A DNA stretch of 64,000 bases. Origin: an uncultured Candidatus Saccharibacteria bacterium (GTDB taxonomy: Bacteria; Patescibacteriota; Minisyncoccia; UBA6257; 2-01-FULL-56-20). Positions 38,295 through 47,691 of this stretch are shown here, piece after piece; positions within the stretch are counted from its first letter, which is position 1; every line of letters starts with the position of its first letter. The stretch is taken from positions 573,710 to 637,709 of the forward strand of contig OZ246418.1 in assembly GCA_965231155.1 (NCBI GenBank). The letters are read 5' to 3'. The notes under the pieces are model-generated. The model was not told the DNA's origin. It saw nothing but the letters and a program-made list of their open reading frames with translations, and made no database searches. The position numbers were made by a program, and so were the translations under genes.

Positions 38295-41200
38295 GGCTTA
38301 CTGCATTCTCGCAGATCATTTTTGGTTCGCCATTTCGCCAGGATATTTTGCCTTTGACGTAAACCACATTGCTTTCCTGCCAGACGGCGCTTGTTTTCGT
38401 GAAGATGTCGTTAAAGATAACTAGCTCTAGAGGTTTTGGTGAGAAGTCTTCGAGATGCACGAAAAGCATCGGTTGGCCATTTTTGGTGGTGATTTTTTGA
38501 ATACGAGAGACGAGAGCCAGAATTTTTACAGTGTGCCCATCATTTTTTTGTTCACGAGCCTGGTCGATGGGCGTACTTTGCCAGTCCTTCATCTTCTGAG
38601 TGAAACGGTTTAAGGGGTGGTCAGAGAGGAAGAAGCCAAGGAGTTCTTTTTCCCAGGCGAGCTTATCTTGATCGCTAATGGGGGTAGCCGGTTTTTTAAG
38701 CGTGAGCGAGAAGGTGGGGAGGTGGTCAGCACCAAAGAGAGAGTTGGTGGCTTGAGTGGCCGCTCGTTTCAGAGTAGCGCTGAACTTAAGAATCTCGTCA
38801 ATGCTTTCGAGGATCTCGCCTCGGTCGATCCCCAGGGAGTCGAGGGCACCACTTTTTGTGAGGCTTTCCAGCGATTTTTTATTGAGATCTTTATGTTGCA
38901 CTCGCCGAATAAGATCGGCCAGATCTTTAAACTCTCCGCCACGACTTCGTTCCTGAATGATGTTTTCGACAATCGCACTGCCCACGTTTTTAATAGCTAG
39001 GAGGCCAAAACGAATGGCGGATTTCTCAGCGTCTTCTTCTGGAGTGAACATGACAAAACTACGATTGATATCGGGAGGGAGGATGCCAATATTTTTTTCC
39101 TTGGCTTCTTGAATGAGGAAGGAGATTCTTTCGATATCGCTCAGTTCGGCATTGAGGAGGCTAGCCATAAACTCGAGTGGATAGTGAGATTTCAAATAGG
39201 CGGTCTGATAACCAATCAAGGCATAACAGGCAGCATGACTTTTGTTGAAGCCATAGCGAGCGAAAGGAGGAAAGAGTTCCCAGATAGCCTTGGCAGTTTT
39301 TTCAGGGATGTCATTCTTAACCATGCCTGAGATAAGTTTGCCTTTTTGTTCATCGAGGAGGGATTTAATTTTTTTACCGATAGCCTTACGGAGCGTGTCG
39401 GCTTCAGCCAGCGTGAACCCAGCGAGACTCCGTGCGATTTGCATCATCTGTTCCTGATAGACGCCAATGCCATAGGTGGTGCCGAGGATCGGTTCAAGTT
39501 TCGGATGAAGGTAGACACTTTTTTCCTTGCCTTCTTTGCGTTTAATGAAGGAAGGGATTAGCTCCATCGGACCAGGACGGTAGAGCGCAACCATCGCAAT
39601 GAGGTCTTCGAACTGAGTTGGTTTTAGTTCTTTCAGATATCGTCTCATTCCGCTGGACTCGAACTGGAAAACACCGGTTGTGTCTCCTTCCTGAAGAAGG
39701 GTGAAAGTGGCGTTGTCGTCCAGGGGTAGCTTCGACATATTAATGCTCTCTCCTTTGGTTTCTCGAACTAAGCGGATGGTATCTTGAATTGTGGATAAGT
39801 TACGGAGTCCAAGGAAGTCTATTTTCAGCAATCCCAGGTCCTCGATGGTGTGCATTTCGAACTGAGTGATAATACTGTCCTTGTCTTGAGGAGCGAACTG
39901 GAGGGGGACGTGATTGGCTAGGGGTTCTTTAGAGATTACTGTACCGCAGGCATGGACGGAAGCATGACGGGCCACGCCTTCTAGGTGGAGCGCCGCGTCG
40001 AGGAGTTTTTTAGCTTCTGGATTTGTCGTGTAGAGTTCCTTCAGTTCGGCCACGTCGTCTAGGGCGGTTTGGAGTTGGAGGTGGGGCGTAGCCGGAATAA
40101 GTTTTGCTACTTGATCGCAGAAGCTATAAGCAACTCCCATAGCGCGACCAGCATCACGGATAGCGGCTCGGGCCGCCATGGTCCCAAAGGTGATGATCTG
40201 AGCTACCTTATCGTTCCCATATTTTTCACGGGCGTAAGCTAAGACTTCGTCTCGTCTCGTATCAGCAAAATCGATATCGACATCGGGCATCTGGATACGA
40301 TCTGGGTTCAGGAATCGTTCAAAGAGAAGATCGTAGTTTAAAGGATTCAGATCGGTAATGCGGAGTATGTAGGAGAGTAAGCTCCCAGCAGCAGAACCAC
40401 GACCAGGACCAACAGAGATACCGTGATCTTTGGCCCAGTTGATGAGATCCTGCACGATGAGGAAGTAGTCAGCAAAGCCAGTTTTCTCAATCACTCCTAA
40501 TTCATACTCAACACGCTCTTTCACTTCAGCGGTTTGTTCTTCCAGAGTAAATCGTTCGCCAATTCTTTCCTGGACGAGATCACGAAGGTATTGATTTGCC
40601 GATTTGCCGTCAGGCTTATCGAAGTGGGGGAGCAGGACAGTGCCTAGTTCAATTTCTAGATTACATCGATCGGCAATAATCTGTGTATTGGAAATTGCTT
40701 CTGGAACAAAAGAAAACTTTTCCGCTATCTCTTCCGGAGAGGAAAGAGAGAAGTCTTCATCTTTCATGCTAAGACGGTCGTCATCACTCAATCGATTGCC
40801 GGTTTGAACGGCAAGTAAAATATCGTGATACTCAGCCTCTTCTTTTTTTAGATAATGACTGTCTTGTGTGGCAACGAGTGGAATGCCGGTTTCTTTTGCC
40901 AGATTCAAGAGGAGAGGTTCGAGACGTTCGGAGTCTGGAATATGAGGATGCTTCTGGATCTCCAGGTAGTAGTTTCCTTTGCCGAGTATATTTTGATACT
41001 CAAGTGCATTTTTTTTTGCCTCCTCATTTTTTCCGGCTAAAAGTAATTGGGCAATTTCTCCGCCGAGACATGCAGAGAGGGCAATAATTCCTTCGTGATG
41101 TTCTTGGAGGAGTTCTTTGTCGATGCGAGGTTTGTAGTAGTAGCCTTCAAGATGAGACTTAGTAGAAAGTTGCATCAAGTTTTTCCAGCCAGTGAGATTG

Positions 41201-41475
41201 GTGGCAAGAAGAATGAGATGATAGTACCGTTCGCCAGGGTCTCGAGAGAGGCGAGTTTTGGGGGCGACATAGGCTTCGAGTCCGAGGATCGGTTTAATTC
41301 CCGCCTTCTTTGCTTTTTTATAGAATTCGATCGCGCCATAGAGTACACCATGATCGGTGAGCGCCAGGCTATCCATGCCCAGTTCTTTGGCATAGGCAAC
41401 GAGATTGTCTATCTTCGCGAGGCCATCGAGGAGCGAGTAGTGAGAATGAGTGTGGAGGTGAGTGAATTTAGGCAT
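38287..41475 (-). CDS. dnaE: DNA polymerase III alpha subunit
   Basis: PHP domain start MPKFTHLHTHSHYSLLDGL, followed by polymerase palm/fingers and an OB fold; 1062 aa. Confidence 0.95.
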   Translation of the reverse strand: MPKFTHLHTHSHYSLLDGLAKIDNLVAYAKELGMDSLALTDHGVLYGAIEFYKKAKKAGIKPILGLEAYVAPKTRLSRDPGERYYHLILLATNLTGWKNLMQLSTKSHLEGYYYKPRIDKELLQEHHEGIIALSACLGGEIAQLLLAGKNEEAKKNALEYQNILGKGNYYLEIQKHPHIPDSERLEPLLLNLAKETGIPLVATQDSHYLKKEEAEYHDILLAVQTGNRLSDDDRLSMKDEDFSLSSPEEIAEKFSFVPEAISNTQIIADRCNLEIELGTVLLPHFDKPDGKSANQYLRDLVQERIGERFTLEEQTAEVKERVEYELGVIEKTGFADYFLIVQDLINWAKDHGISVGPGRGSAAGSLLSYILRITDLNPLNYDLLFERFLNPDRIQMPDVDIDFADTRRDEVLAYAREKYGNDKVAQIITFGTMAARAAIRDAGRAMGVAYSFCDQVAKLIPATPHLQLQTALDDVAELKELYTTNPEAKKLLDAALHLEGVARHASVHACGTVISKEPLANHVPLQFAPQDKDSIITQFEMHTIEDLGLLKIDFLGLRNLSTIQDTIRLVRETKGESINMSKLPLDDNATFTLLQEGDTTGVFQFESSGMRRYLKELKPTQFEDLIAMVALYRPGPMELIPSFIKRKEGKEKSVYLHPKLEPILGTTYGIGVYQEQMMQIARSLAGFTLAEADTLRKAIGKKIKSLLDEQKGKLISGMVKNDIPEKTAKAIWELFPPFARYGFNKSHAACYALIGYQTAYLKSHYPLEFMASLLNAELSDIERISFLIQEAKEKNIGILPPDINRSFVMFTPEEDAEKSAIRFGLLAIKNVGSAIVENIIQERSRGGEFKDLADLIRRVQHKDLNKKSLESLTKSGALDSLGIDRGEILESIDEILKFSATLKRAATQATNSLFGADHLPTFSLTLKKPATPISDQDKLAWEKELLGFFLSDHPLNRFTQKMKDWQSTPIDQAREQKNDGHTVKILALVSRIQKITTKNGQPMLFVHLEDFSPKPLELVIFNDIFTKTSAVWQESNVVYVKGKISWRNGEPKMICENAVSLS

Positions 41476-41577
41476 GGCGATGACGGTATGATTGTAGGTG
41501 AAAAAGAGTATTCAAGAAAGGCTGTGGAGAAGCTTGTAAAAATGTGTATATTTCTTTAGGATAAAACCTGATTTCAG

Positions 41578-41653
41578 GCCACCTTAGCTCAGCTGGTAGA
41601 GCAACACTTTTGTAAAGTGAAGGTCCCCGGTTCGAATCCGGGAGGTGGCTCCA
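41578..41653 (+). tRNA. tRNA-Thr (anticodon TGT)
   Basis: GCCACCT...ACACT-TTTGTAA-AGTGA...CCCGGTTCGAATCCGGG-AGGTGGC-T-CCA. Confidence 0.8.
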
Positions 41654-41708
41654 TCATAGTTTAGATTTGCAGATTATTCTGATTTCCTATAAAGTAAGAC
41701 ACGTTCGT

Positions 41709-41781
41709 GCCGTTGTAGCTCAGCTGGTAGAGCAACTCCATGGTAAGGAGTAGGTCGCCGGTTCAATTCCGGCCAACGGCT
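41709..41781 (+). tRNA. tRNA-Thr (anticodon GGT)
   Basis: GCCGTTG...ACTCC-ATGGTAA-GGAGT...GCCGGTTCAATTCCGGC-CAACGGC-T. There is no encoded CCA. Confidence 0.8.
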
Positions 41782-41845
41782 CAGATTTAGTGTAAGGCTT
41801 GCGGTTTTTCGAGGAATCTTGTACTATAGGGTCTATTGATTTTCC

Positions 41846-42025
41846 ATGGCTAAGGCAAAACGTTCCGACAAATTAATTGGTCTCAAGTGCGCTGGCTGTA
41901 ATCGGCGTAATTACTATACCCGCAAGAATAAGAAGGTAGTGGAGCGAAAGATTGAGTTCCAGAAGTTCTGTTCTTGGTGCCGTAAGAAAACCGCTCACAA
42001 AGAGGTAAAGATTACTGGCAAATAA
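41846..42025 (+). CDS. rpmG: 50S ribosomal protein L33
   Basis: 59-aa ORF, below the ORF-track length cutoff. MAKAKRSDKLIGLKCAGCNRRNYYTRKNKKVVERKIEFQKFCSWCRKKTAHKEVK has the CxxC...CxxC zinc ribbon typical of L33. Confidence 0.8.
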   Translation: MAKAKRSDKLIGLKCAGCNRRNYYTRKNKKVVERKIEFQKFCSWCRKKTAHKEVKITGK

Positions 42026-42040
42026 AAGCAAGCACACAAA

Positions 42041-42070
42041 AATCCTCTTTCCTGAAGAGGATTTTTTGTT
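42041..42070 (+). terminator. Rho-independent terminator after rpmG
   Basis: Stem aatcctctt / aagaggatt followed by TTTTGTT. Confidence 0.55.
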
Positions 42071-42088
42071 TAGACTTGAGTGTACTCT

Positions 42089-42162
42089 GGGAGCTTAGTT
42101 AAATGGTATAATAGCGGTCTCCAAAACCGCGGTCAGGGGTTCGATTCCCTTAGCTCCCGCCA
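42089..42162 (+). tRNA. tRNA-Trp (anticodon CCA)
   Basis: GGGAGCT...GCGGT-CTCCAAA-ACCGC...GGGGTTCGATTCCCT-AGCTCCC-G-CCA. Confidence 0.85.
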
Positions 42163-42166
42163 TAGT

Positions 42167-42481
42167 ATGCGCAGCCACTCTTTCCATGATTATGTTGTCC
42201 ACGACCTTCTTGGAAGTTTCTCCGGGATAACCAGCCGGGCGATGTTTGGCGGTTGGGGAGTCTATAAAAATGGCAAAATATTCGCCATTATCGTGGGCGA
42301 AGCACTCTATTTTAAATACACCGATAGTAACAAAGATATTTTTGCGAGTGTTGAGAGTGGTCCATTTACGTACAAAAAGAAAGACGGCAAGACTGTTTCT
42401 ATGGCCTACTGGCTTGTTCCAGAGGAACTAATGGAAGACCGAGAGCGTTTTCATAAACTAGTTTCTAAAATAGAGTTATAG
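42167..42481 (+). CDS. TfoX/Sxy N-terminal-domain protein
   Basis: The start is moved to the ATG at 42167; the track ORF 42080 overlaps tRNA-Trp. MFGGWGVYKNGKIFAIIVGEALYFK matches the TfoX_N MFGG.G.Y motif; ~104 aa. Confidence 0.55.
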   Translation: MRSHSFHDYVVHDLLGSFSGITSRAMFGGWGVYKNGKIFAIIVGEALYFKYTDSNKDIFASVESGPFTYKKKDGKTVSMAYWLVPEELMEDRERFHKLVSKIEL

Positions 42482-42522
42482 ATAGTTTCATCTTGTAGCT
42501 CGATTGGTTTACAATTAAACCC

Positions 42523-42846
42523 ATGGAAGAAACAGCTCGTGCATTTGATCTACCCAGATTCATTCGACAACTCATACAAGAAAAAAGAGGGGAGGGCTAT
42601 GACGAGGCGATGGTTAAGAAAGAAGAGCTTGAACTGAGTGATCGGTTAGAGAACAGGATTTATATGTTAATTCTTGAGTTAATGCCACAAGAATCTCTGT
42701 CTGAATTTGAAAATCTTTTGGATGGTGAGAGTGATGAAGAAAAGATTCAAAATTTCTGTGTTCAACGTATCAATGGTTTCGAAGATCTGATTTCGCAAGA
42801 GTTGTTAGATTTTCGGAAGGTTTATCTGGAAACGAGTGTGATATAA
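42523..42846 (+). CDS. Acidic hypothetical protein
   Basis: 107-aa Glu/Asp-rich helical ORF with no recognisable motif. Confidence 0.3.
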   Translation: MEETARAFDLPRFIRQLIQEKRGEGYDEAMVKKEELELSDRLENRIYMLILELMPQESLSEFENLLDGESDEEKIQNFCVQRINGFEDLISQELLDFRKVYLETSVI

Positions 42847-42856
42847 TAAAACGTAA

Positions 42857-43216
42857 ATGACACCTCGGCAGAAAAAGATTGTTGTTTTTCTTTTATTTAT
42901 CGTGGTAGCTCTTGGTGGTTTATTCACGTGGAAATATTTTAACGATAAAAAAAGATATGAGAACTTGGCCCCTGGCGAATTAGATCGTCCATTCACGAAA
43001 GAAGAGAGACAAGAAATTCTTAATGGTTTGGCCCCTCGAGGAGCGAAGCCAAAAACTTCTTTGAGCACAACCGAGCAAAAAGTTGTTGATTCCCTTGCTC
43101 CACAATCAAATGTGAGTTCTCCGAAGGTCCAGAATTCTTACCGGTACACCCCACCACCACCGCTATCTTCTCGAAATCAGTCGATTTTAGATGCGATGGC
43201 TCCATCTTCGAATTAA
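42857..43216 (+). CDS. Hypothetical membrane-anchored protein
   Basis: 119 aa with an N-terminal TM helix (IVVFLLFIVVALGGLFTW) and a Pro/Ser-rich tail. Confidence 0.35.
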   Translation: MTPRQKKIVVFLLFIVVALGGLFTWKYFNDKKRYENLAPGELDRPFTKEERQEILNGLAPRGAKPKTSLSTTEQKVVDSLAPQSNVSSPKVQNSYRYTPPPPLSSRNQSILDAMAPSSN

Positions 43217-43281
43217 TAATGGGGATAACTTTCATTCCCGCCAACAGGAAATAAGAATATAATTTTAATTAATAAGCTTTT

Positions 43282-46146
43282 ATGCTCAGTTTTTTAAAAA
43301 AGAATAGCGGATTGAGAAATTCCACGTTGGCTGTGTTTTTTGTATTTTCGATTGTTGGCTTGATGAATGTAACTATAGCTGCGTACACTCCTCCCACATG
43401 TCCTCCTCCTGGTTGTAATACAGATGCACCAATTAATGTTGGTACAACCCCGCAATTTAAATATGGGAATTTAACGATTACTAGTCCGACGGCAACGGGG
43501 ACTATTATCTCTGACTTATTGTGGACGAATTATGGTGCAGTTATTAATGCTGATGGGGGTGGTGCAAGTGGTGTTGGGCTTCTTGTTCCTCGAGATAAAG
43601 TTGGAATTGGTTTTAGCGGTATTGGTACTGATCTTCCTCAGGCAAAACTTGATGTGAATGGTACAACAATTTCTCGGGGAAGTTTGGTGGTGGGTACATC
43701 GACTCCATCGTGGGCCACTTTGGATGTGAATGGCACTATTAACTCGAGAGGGAATCTTACAGTGGGCACTTCAACTGGTGTGGGGGGATCTAGACAACTT
43801 AATATTTTTGGGGATATTGTTGTCAGTGATGTTCCGGTGACTTCTCCTACGGGATTTATTTTCAGAAAGAGAGGGATACAGGAAAGTAATCGGGTTTTCA
43901 GTGGGGCAACGCCTGACTTTTCTTGGTGGCAGGAAACGTGGCCTTTCTATTTTGGTGATATAGAAGGAGTGGGTAGCACTACTTGGTCTGGTAGAAAATT
44001 AACGTCTGTCATGACCGCTGGCGGCTGTGATGATGGTAGTCTGGTTTCTCGTGACTGTACAGCTGATTTTTATACTGCAGTTTCTAATCCAGTATTCTTC
44101 TCCCTCGCTTTCGATTTATACGCTTATCAGCTTGGAACAGATTGGAAGATAGGTTTTCGGACATATCAAAGAGTTTCAGATAAGAGGGTTGGAGGGTCAT
44201 TGAGTTCGGTCTATTTTAATGCTAACGATGCGGCCATATCGAACTTGAATGTTTTGTCTGAATTGAATGCTCAGAAGATTCATACCAGTGGAACGATTTC
44301 TGCTAGGAGGTTGAGTGCGGATGAGATATATAGTAGTGAATTACGTACTCAGAAATTATGTTTGATTGGTGGAGATTGTATAGCGAGTAGTACTTTACTT
44401 GGCGTATGGGAGGAGAGTACCAGTACGGGATCTTTCGCTGGTTCGATTTTCTATGATGGTGGCCGGGTTGGTATTGGAACTGGTGGATTAGGGCCATTGT
44501 CGCAGCTTCATTTGAAAGACGATGCTAGTGAGGTGAGACATATCATTGAGAATACGAAGAATGGTGGTATTTCTGCTATTTCCTTGTCCAGGAAAACAAC
44601 CGGTGGCGTTCCAGATCAGTGGAGTATCAGTGCTCTTGGCCCAGGTGGACAACAGGGTCTTTTCTTTAAAGATGATGCTTCGGGAATACCAACGTCGTTA
44701 TCCTTAATTTATAATGGTAAGGTGGGAATTGGTACTGATACTCCGCAGGGTTTATTTGATGTAGTTGGTAGTGGAGATATTCGTCTAAAGCCGGGTTCTT
44801 TGGAGGGTGGTCGGGTGATTATTGGTGATAACGGGTTAGTACATACCACTATCCATGGTAATCTCAGTCTTAGCGTGCAAGACGGAGGTCTTCGATATAG
44901 TCCAGGAGCCGATAATTCGAGTATAGGAAATAACAGAGACTACTCTTTTATTGTAGATCCTCAATCACTTTCTGGCGCTGATGCCTGGGATCTTGAATAC
45001 ACGAGCAATCGATTAAGTTGTGATGCCACCTTGGGTGGGGCAGAGTGTCTTTCTCAATCATCCTGGCCGGCTGGTGGTGGCGATCCGGCTGTTAAATACG
45101 ATCTTTATGCGTTTCAGTCGGCTGGCCCAGTAGGGTTGTGTGGTGTGCCTCCGAACACTGGAGCTGATTCAAGTTGTAGATGGAAGAAGGCTGTAAGGAC
45201 TTATACTAAATCTTCAGGTTCTGGTGGTGATTTGTTTGCTAGAAAAGGAAGGTTTTCAGAAAACTTTATAATTGGTGGCGGCAAAACGGGGTACCTTGCT
45301 CCATTGGTTGAGGCCAATCTTGATCCTTACGGGCTTGCGGTGGCTGGAAAAGTTAGTATAGGATCAATTATTACTCAGTCATTATCTTTGAACGTCGCAG
45401 GAGGTATCCTTGCTGATAAAATTTGTTTAACAGACACCAATCCCAGTAATTGTAAAACCTCCTGGGCGACTTCCCCAGATCTTTGGGCGACCAGCACGAA
45501 CGGTATTTTCTTTGACGCGGGACAGGGGAATGTTGGTATTGGTGATGTGCCTACCACAAAACCACTTACCATTTATGGAAATCCAACAGCTTGGATTCAA
45601 CTGAGAGATTCGAATAGTGTTGATAAGTGGCACATTACAGGTTTCGGAGGTGGATTCAACTTGGCAGAGTCTGGAGTAGCTGATGGGAGAATTTTCGTTC
45701 AAGCACTCACTGGTAATGTTGGTATTGGGCTAACCAATCCTACGACAAAGTTAGATGTACAAGGTACGATTAAAGCCAATGGAAAGGTACAGGCTAATGA
45801 ATACTGTGATCTAGCTGGAATTAATTGTACGCCGCTACCTTTTCCGAGTAATTCAACTCAGAATGGATATGTGCGGATTGGTAATGTTCTCATGCAGTGG
45901 GGTTATATTGATGGTCCGTTGACACAGAACTCTTATAATGTCGATTTCCCGATAGCTTTCAGTAATCCTCCGTTCAATCTGAATTGTACTGCGAGGAATG
46001 GTGATACATTTAACCATAATGACGATACCTGGTGTCAGGTGATCAGAGCTACAGACCGTAAGGGATTCTTTGGAATAAACTGGGATGGTAGTGGTGGCAA
46101 TGCTGAAGCGAATGGTCTTTATTGGCTTGCTATTGGTAATCCTTAA
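43282..46146 (+). CDS. Giant secreted fibre-like protein with phage-tail-fibre-like Gly-rich repeats and a lectin-like C-terminus
   Basis: 954 aa with a signal peptide (LAVFFVFSIVGLMNVTIAA). Repeated K-V-G-I-G-T-x-x-P-x-x-x-L-D-V-x-G motifs include VGIGFSGIGTDLPQAKLDVNGT, VGIGTDTPQGLFDVVGSG and VGIGLTNPTTKLDVQGTIKANG. The C-terminal Cys-containing domain reads NCTARNGDTF...WCQVI. Confidence 0.6.
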   Translation: MLSFLKKNSGLRNSTLAVFFVFSIVGLMNVTIAAYTPPTCPPPGCNTDAPINVGTTPQFKYGNLTITSPTATGTIISDLLWTNYGAVINADGGGASGVGLLVPRDKVGIGFSGIGTDLPQAKLDVNGTTISRGSLVVGTSTPSWATLDVNGTINSRGNLTVGTSTGVGGSRQLNIFGDIVVSDVPVTSPTGFIFRKRGIQESNRVFSGATPDFSWWQETWPFYFGDIEGVGSTTWSGRKLTSVMTAGGCDDGSLVSRDCTADFYTAVSNPVFFSLAFDLYAYQLGTDWKIGFRTYQRVSDKRVGGSLSSVYFNANDAAISNLNVLSELNAQKIHTSGTISARRLSADEIYSSELRTQKLCLIGGDCIASSTLLGVWEESTSTGSFAGSIFYDGGRVGIGTGGLGPLSQLHLKDDASEVRHIIENTKNGGISAISLSRKTTGGVPDQWSISALGPGGQQGLFFKDDASGIPTSLSLIYNGKVGIGTDTPQGLFDVVGSGDIRLKPGSLEGGRVIIGDNGLVHTTIHGNLSLSVQDGGLRYSPGADNSSIGNNRDYSFIVDPQSLSGADAWDLEYTSNRLSCDATLGGAECLSQSSWPAGGGDPAVKYDLYAFQSAGPVGLCGVPPNTGADSSCRWKKAVRTYTKSSGSGGDLFARKGRFSENFIIGGGKTGYLAPLVEANLDPYGLAVAGKVSIGSIITQSLSLNVAGGILADKICLTDTNPSNCKTSWATSPDLWATSTNGIFFDAGQGNVGIGDVPTTKPLTIYGNPTAWIQLRDSNSVDKWHITGFGGGFNLAESGVADGRIFVQALTGNVGIGLTNPTTKLDVQGTIKANGKVQANEYCDLAGINCTPLPFPSNSTQNGYVRIGNVLMQWGYIDGPLTQNSYNVDFPIAFSNPPFNLNCTARNGDTFNHNDDTWCQVIRATDRKGFFGINWDGSGGNAEANGLYWLAIGNP

Positions 46147-46316
46147 TATTGACTAGGAGGAGGATTTAGTTTAGTATTTTTTCGTATCCTAAGAACGTAG
46201 GTCAGCCGATAAAGGCCTAATTTAGCTTGTGCTAAGCCTACCGAGGAAGATTGAAGAGGGTCTTTTTTGAGACTCTTTGATATCCGACCTTAGGAATAAA
46301 GGTCGTTTTTTATTTC
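46145..46316 (+). promoter_or_regulatory. rplJ promoter (TTGACT-17-TAGTAT) plus an L10-leader-like 5' UTR with an attenuator hairpin
   Basis: ttgactaggaggaggatttagtttagtat at 46145-46173. The leader hairpin ccgacctt-aggaataa-aggtcg is followed by TTTTTTATTT immediately before the ATG. The position is analogous to the L10(L12)4 autoregulatory leader. Confidence 0.35.
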
Positions 46317-46826
46317 TTGCGCATGAAAACAAAACAGAAGAAATCTGAAGAGTTAGCTAAAGGCAGGGAATTCCTTAAGGAAAGCCAGGCGTTACTTTTT
46401 GCTAATCTCAATAAATTACCCGCTGAGAATTTGCGAAAACTTCGGCGAGCAATGACTGAGAAGGGAGTCAATTTCTTTGTTCTCAAGAAACGCCTCTTAG
46501 GCATTCTTCTTAAGGAACAGGGAATCGATGTCAGTCCAAAAGATCAGTTCGCTGCTTCCGTTGGTACAGCCTTTTCTAAGTTACCAATTCAAGAGGTAAG
46601 TGCTATTGCACATAAGTTCTTGGTTGGCATGGGGAGCAAGAAGAGCGAGGAAATTCTTGGTGGATATGACTTGGAGGGGAAACTTTTCCTTTCAGCCGAA
46701 GACGTTCGAACTCTTGGTCAGCTTCCTTCGAGAGAGGTTCTTCTTGGTCAGGTTATGGGTGGCATGATTGCTCCTCTCAGAGCGTTTATGTATGTCCTTA
46801 GCGAAAAATCCAAGAAAGAGGCATAA
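46317..46826 (+). CDS. rplJ: 50S ribosomal protein L10
   Basis: 169 aa; helical-alpha/beta L10 pattern (ANLNKLPAENLRKLRRAM...VNFFVLKKRL); located directly upstream of rplL. Confidence 0.75.
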   Translation: MRMKTKQKKSEELAKGREFLKESQALLFANLNKLPAENLRKLRRAMTEKGVNFFVLKKRLLGILLKEQGIDVSPKDQFAASVGTAFSKLPIQEVSAIAHKFLVGMGSKKSEEILGGYDLEGKLFLSAEDVRTLGQLPSREVLLGQVMGGMIAPLRAFMYVLSEKSKKEA

Positions 46827-46859
46827 AAGATAGGTCGAAATAATAACTTACAAAAAATT

Positions 46860-47225
46860 ATGGCAAATTTAGAAAATTTGATTTCTGAGATTGAGAAGTT
46901 GTCAGTCAAAGAGTTGGCTGAAGTAGTGAAAATGATGGAAGAAAAGTTCGGTATTACTGCTGGTGCGCCGATGGCGGCTGGTGGTGCAGTTGCTGGGGGT
47001 GCTGCTGAAGAAAAGAGCACTTTCAATGTTATTCTGAAGGCTTCTGGTGAGCAGAAAGTCAACGTGATCAAAGCCGTTAAGGAGATCACTGGCCTTGGAC
47101 TTAAGGAAGCTAAAGATTTGGTAGATGGTGCTCCAAAACCAGTCAAAGAAGGATTGAAGAGAGAGGAGGCCGATGAGATTAAGAAGAAGCTTGAAGAGGT
47201 GGGAGCGACAGTTGAGCTCGCCTAG
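46860..47225 (+). CDS. rplL: 50S ribosomal protein L7/L12
   Basis: N-terminal dimerisation helix, Ala/Gly hinge ([19 protein letters not shown]) and CTD ([25 protein letters not shown]...VELA). Confidence 0.95.
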   Translation: MANLENLISEIEKLSVKELAEVVKMMEEKFGITAGAPMAAGGAVAGGAAEEKSTFNVILKASGEQKVNVIKAVKEITGLGLKEAKDLVDGAPKPVKEGLKREEADEIKKKLEEVGATVELA

Positions 47226-47321
47226 TATCCTCAAGATGGAAGGGTAGCTATCCTAACGATTTTTCCATATCCGAGAGGCATAATGGAAAAATCGTTAGGT
47301 GGGCCCCTCCTTTAGAATCAA

Positions 47322-47360
47322 AAGACCACCAAGCATTGAATGAGGTGGTCTTTTGTTTTA
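47322..47360 (+). terminator. Rho-independent terminator downstream of rplL
   Basis: Stem aagaccacc / ggtggtctt followed by TTTGTTTT. It is preceded by a 17-bp perfect hairpin at 47252-47298. Confidence 0.55.
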
Positions 47361-47383
47361 TATTTAGGCCTATCACACAGTAG

Positions 47384-47458
47384 GCGCGCATAGCTCAGTG
47401 GTAGAGCGCTTCGTTCACATCGAAGAGGTCCAAGGTTCGATCCCTTGTGCGCGCACCA
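47384..47458 (+). tRNA. tRNA-Val (anticodon CAC)
   Basis: GCGCGCA...CTTCG-TTCACAT-CGAAG...CAAGGTTCGATCCCTTG-TGCGCGC-A-CCA. Confidence 0.85.
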
Positions 47459-47592
47459 GACTTGAGGGGAAGTGGGGAATTTATAAATAATCATTCGGGA
47501 AGGTCAAAACTTTTTCCTCGTTCTTTCGGCCTACTAAAAATCCTTTATTAATAAGGATTTTTATGGTTACAACTGTGCATAAATAGGCTTTT

Positions 47593-47622
47593 TGACAATG
47601 TATATAAGTGGAGTAGAATTAC
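47593..47622 (+). promoter_or_regulatory. mraZ promoter (TTGACA-16-TAGAAT)
   Basis: ttgacaatgtatataagtggagtagaat lies ~70 nt upstream of the mraZ ATG. Confidence 0.4.
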
Positions 47623-47637
47623 ATGAAAGTGGTGAAA

Positions 47638-47680
47638 TGTGGATAAGTATGGGGATAAACCACCACTTCTGGGGATAACG
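47638..47680 (+). promoter_or_regulatory. Three direct TG(T/G)GGATAA repeats (candidate MraZ operator)
   Basis: tgTGGATAAg, taTGGGGATAAa and tcTGGGGATAAc start at 47640, 47650 and 47670. The 10- and 20-nt phasing sits between the -10 and the mraZ start. Confidence 0.4.
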
Positions 47681-47691
47681 ATCTACATTCC

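Noticed and set aside
38617-41559. Multiple plus-strand ORFs opposite dnaE
   Set aside because: They are antisense to the intact 1062-aa DnaE frame.
42080-42166. Upstream extension of the TfoX-like ORF
   Set aside because: It overlaps tRNA-Trp. The downstream ATG at 42167 gives the conserved TfoX_N start.
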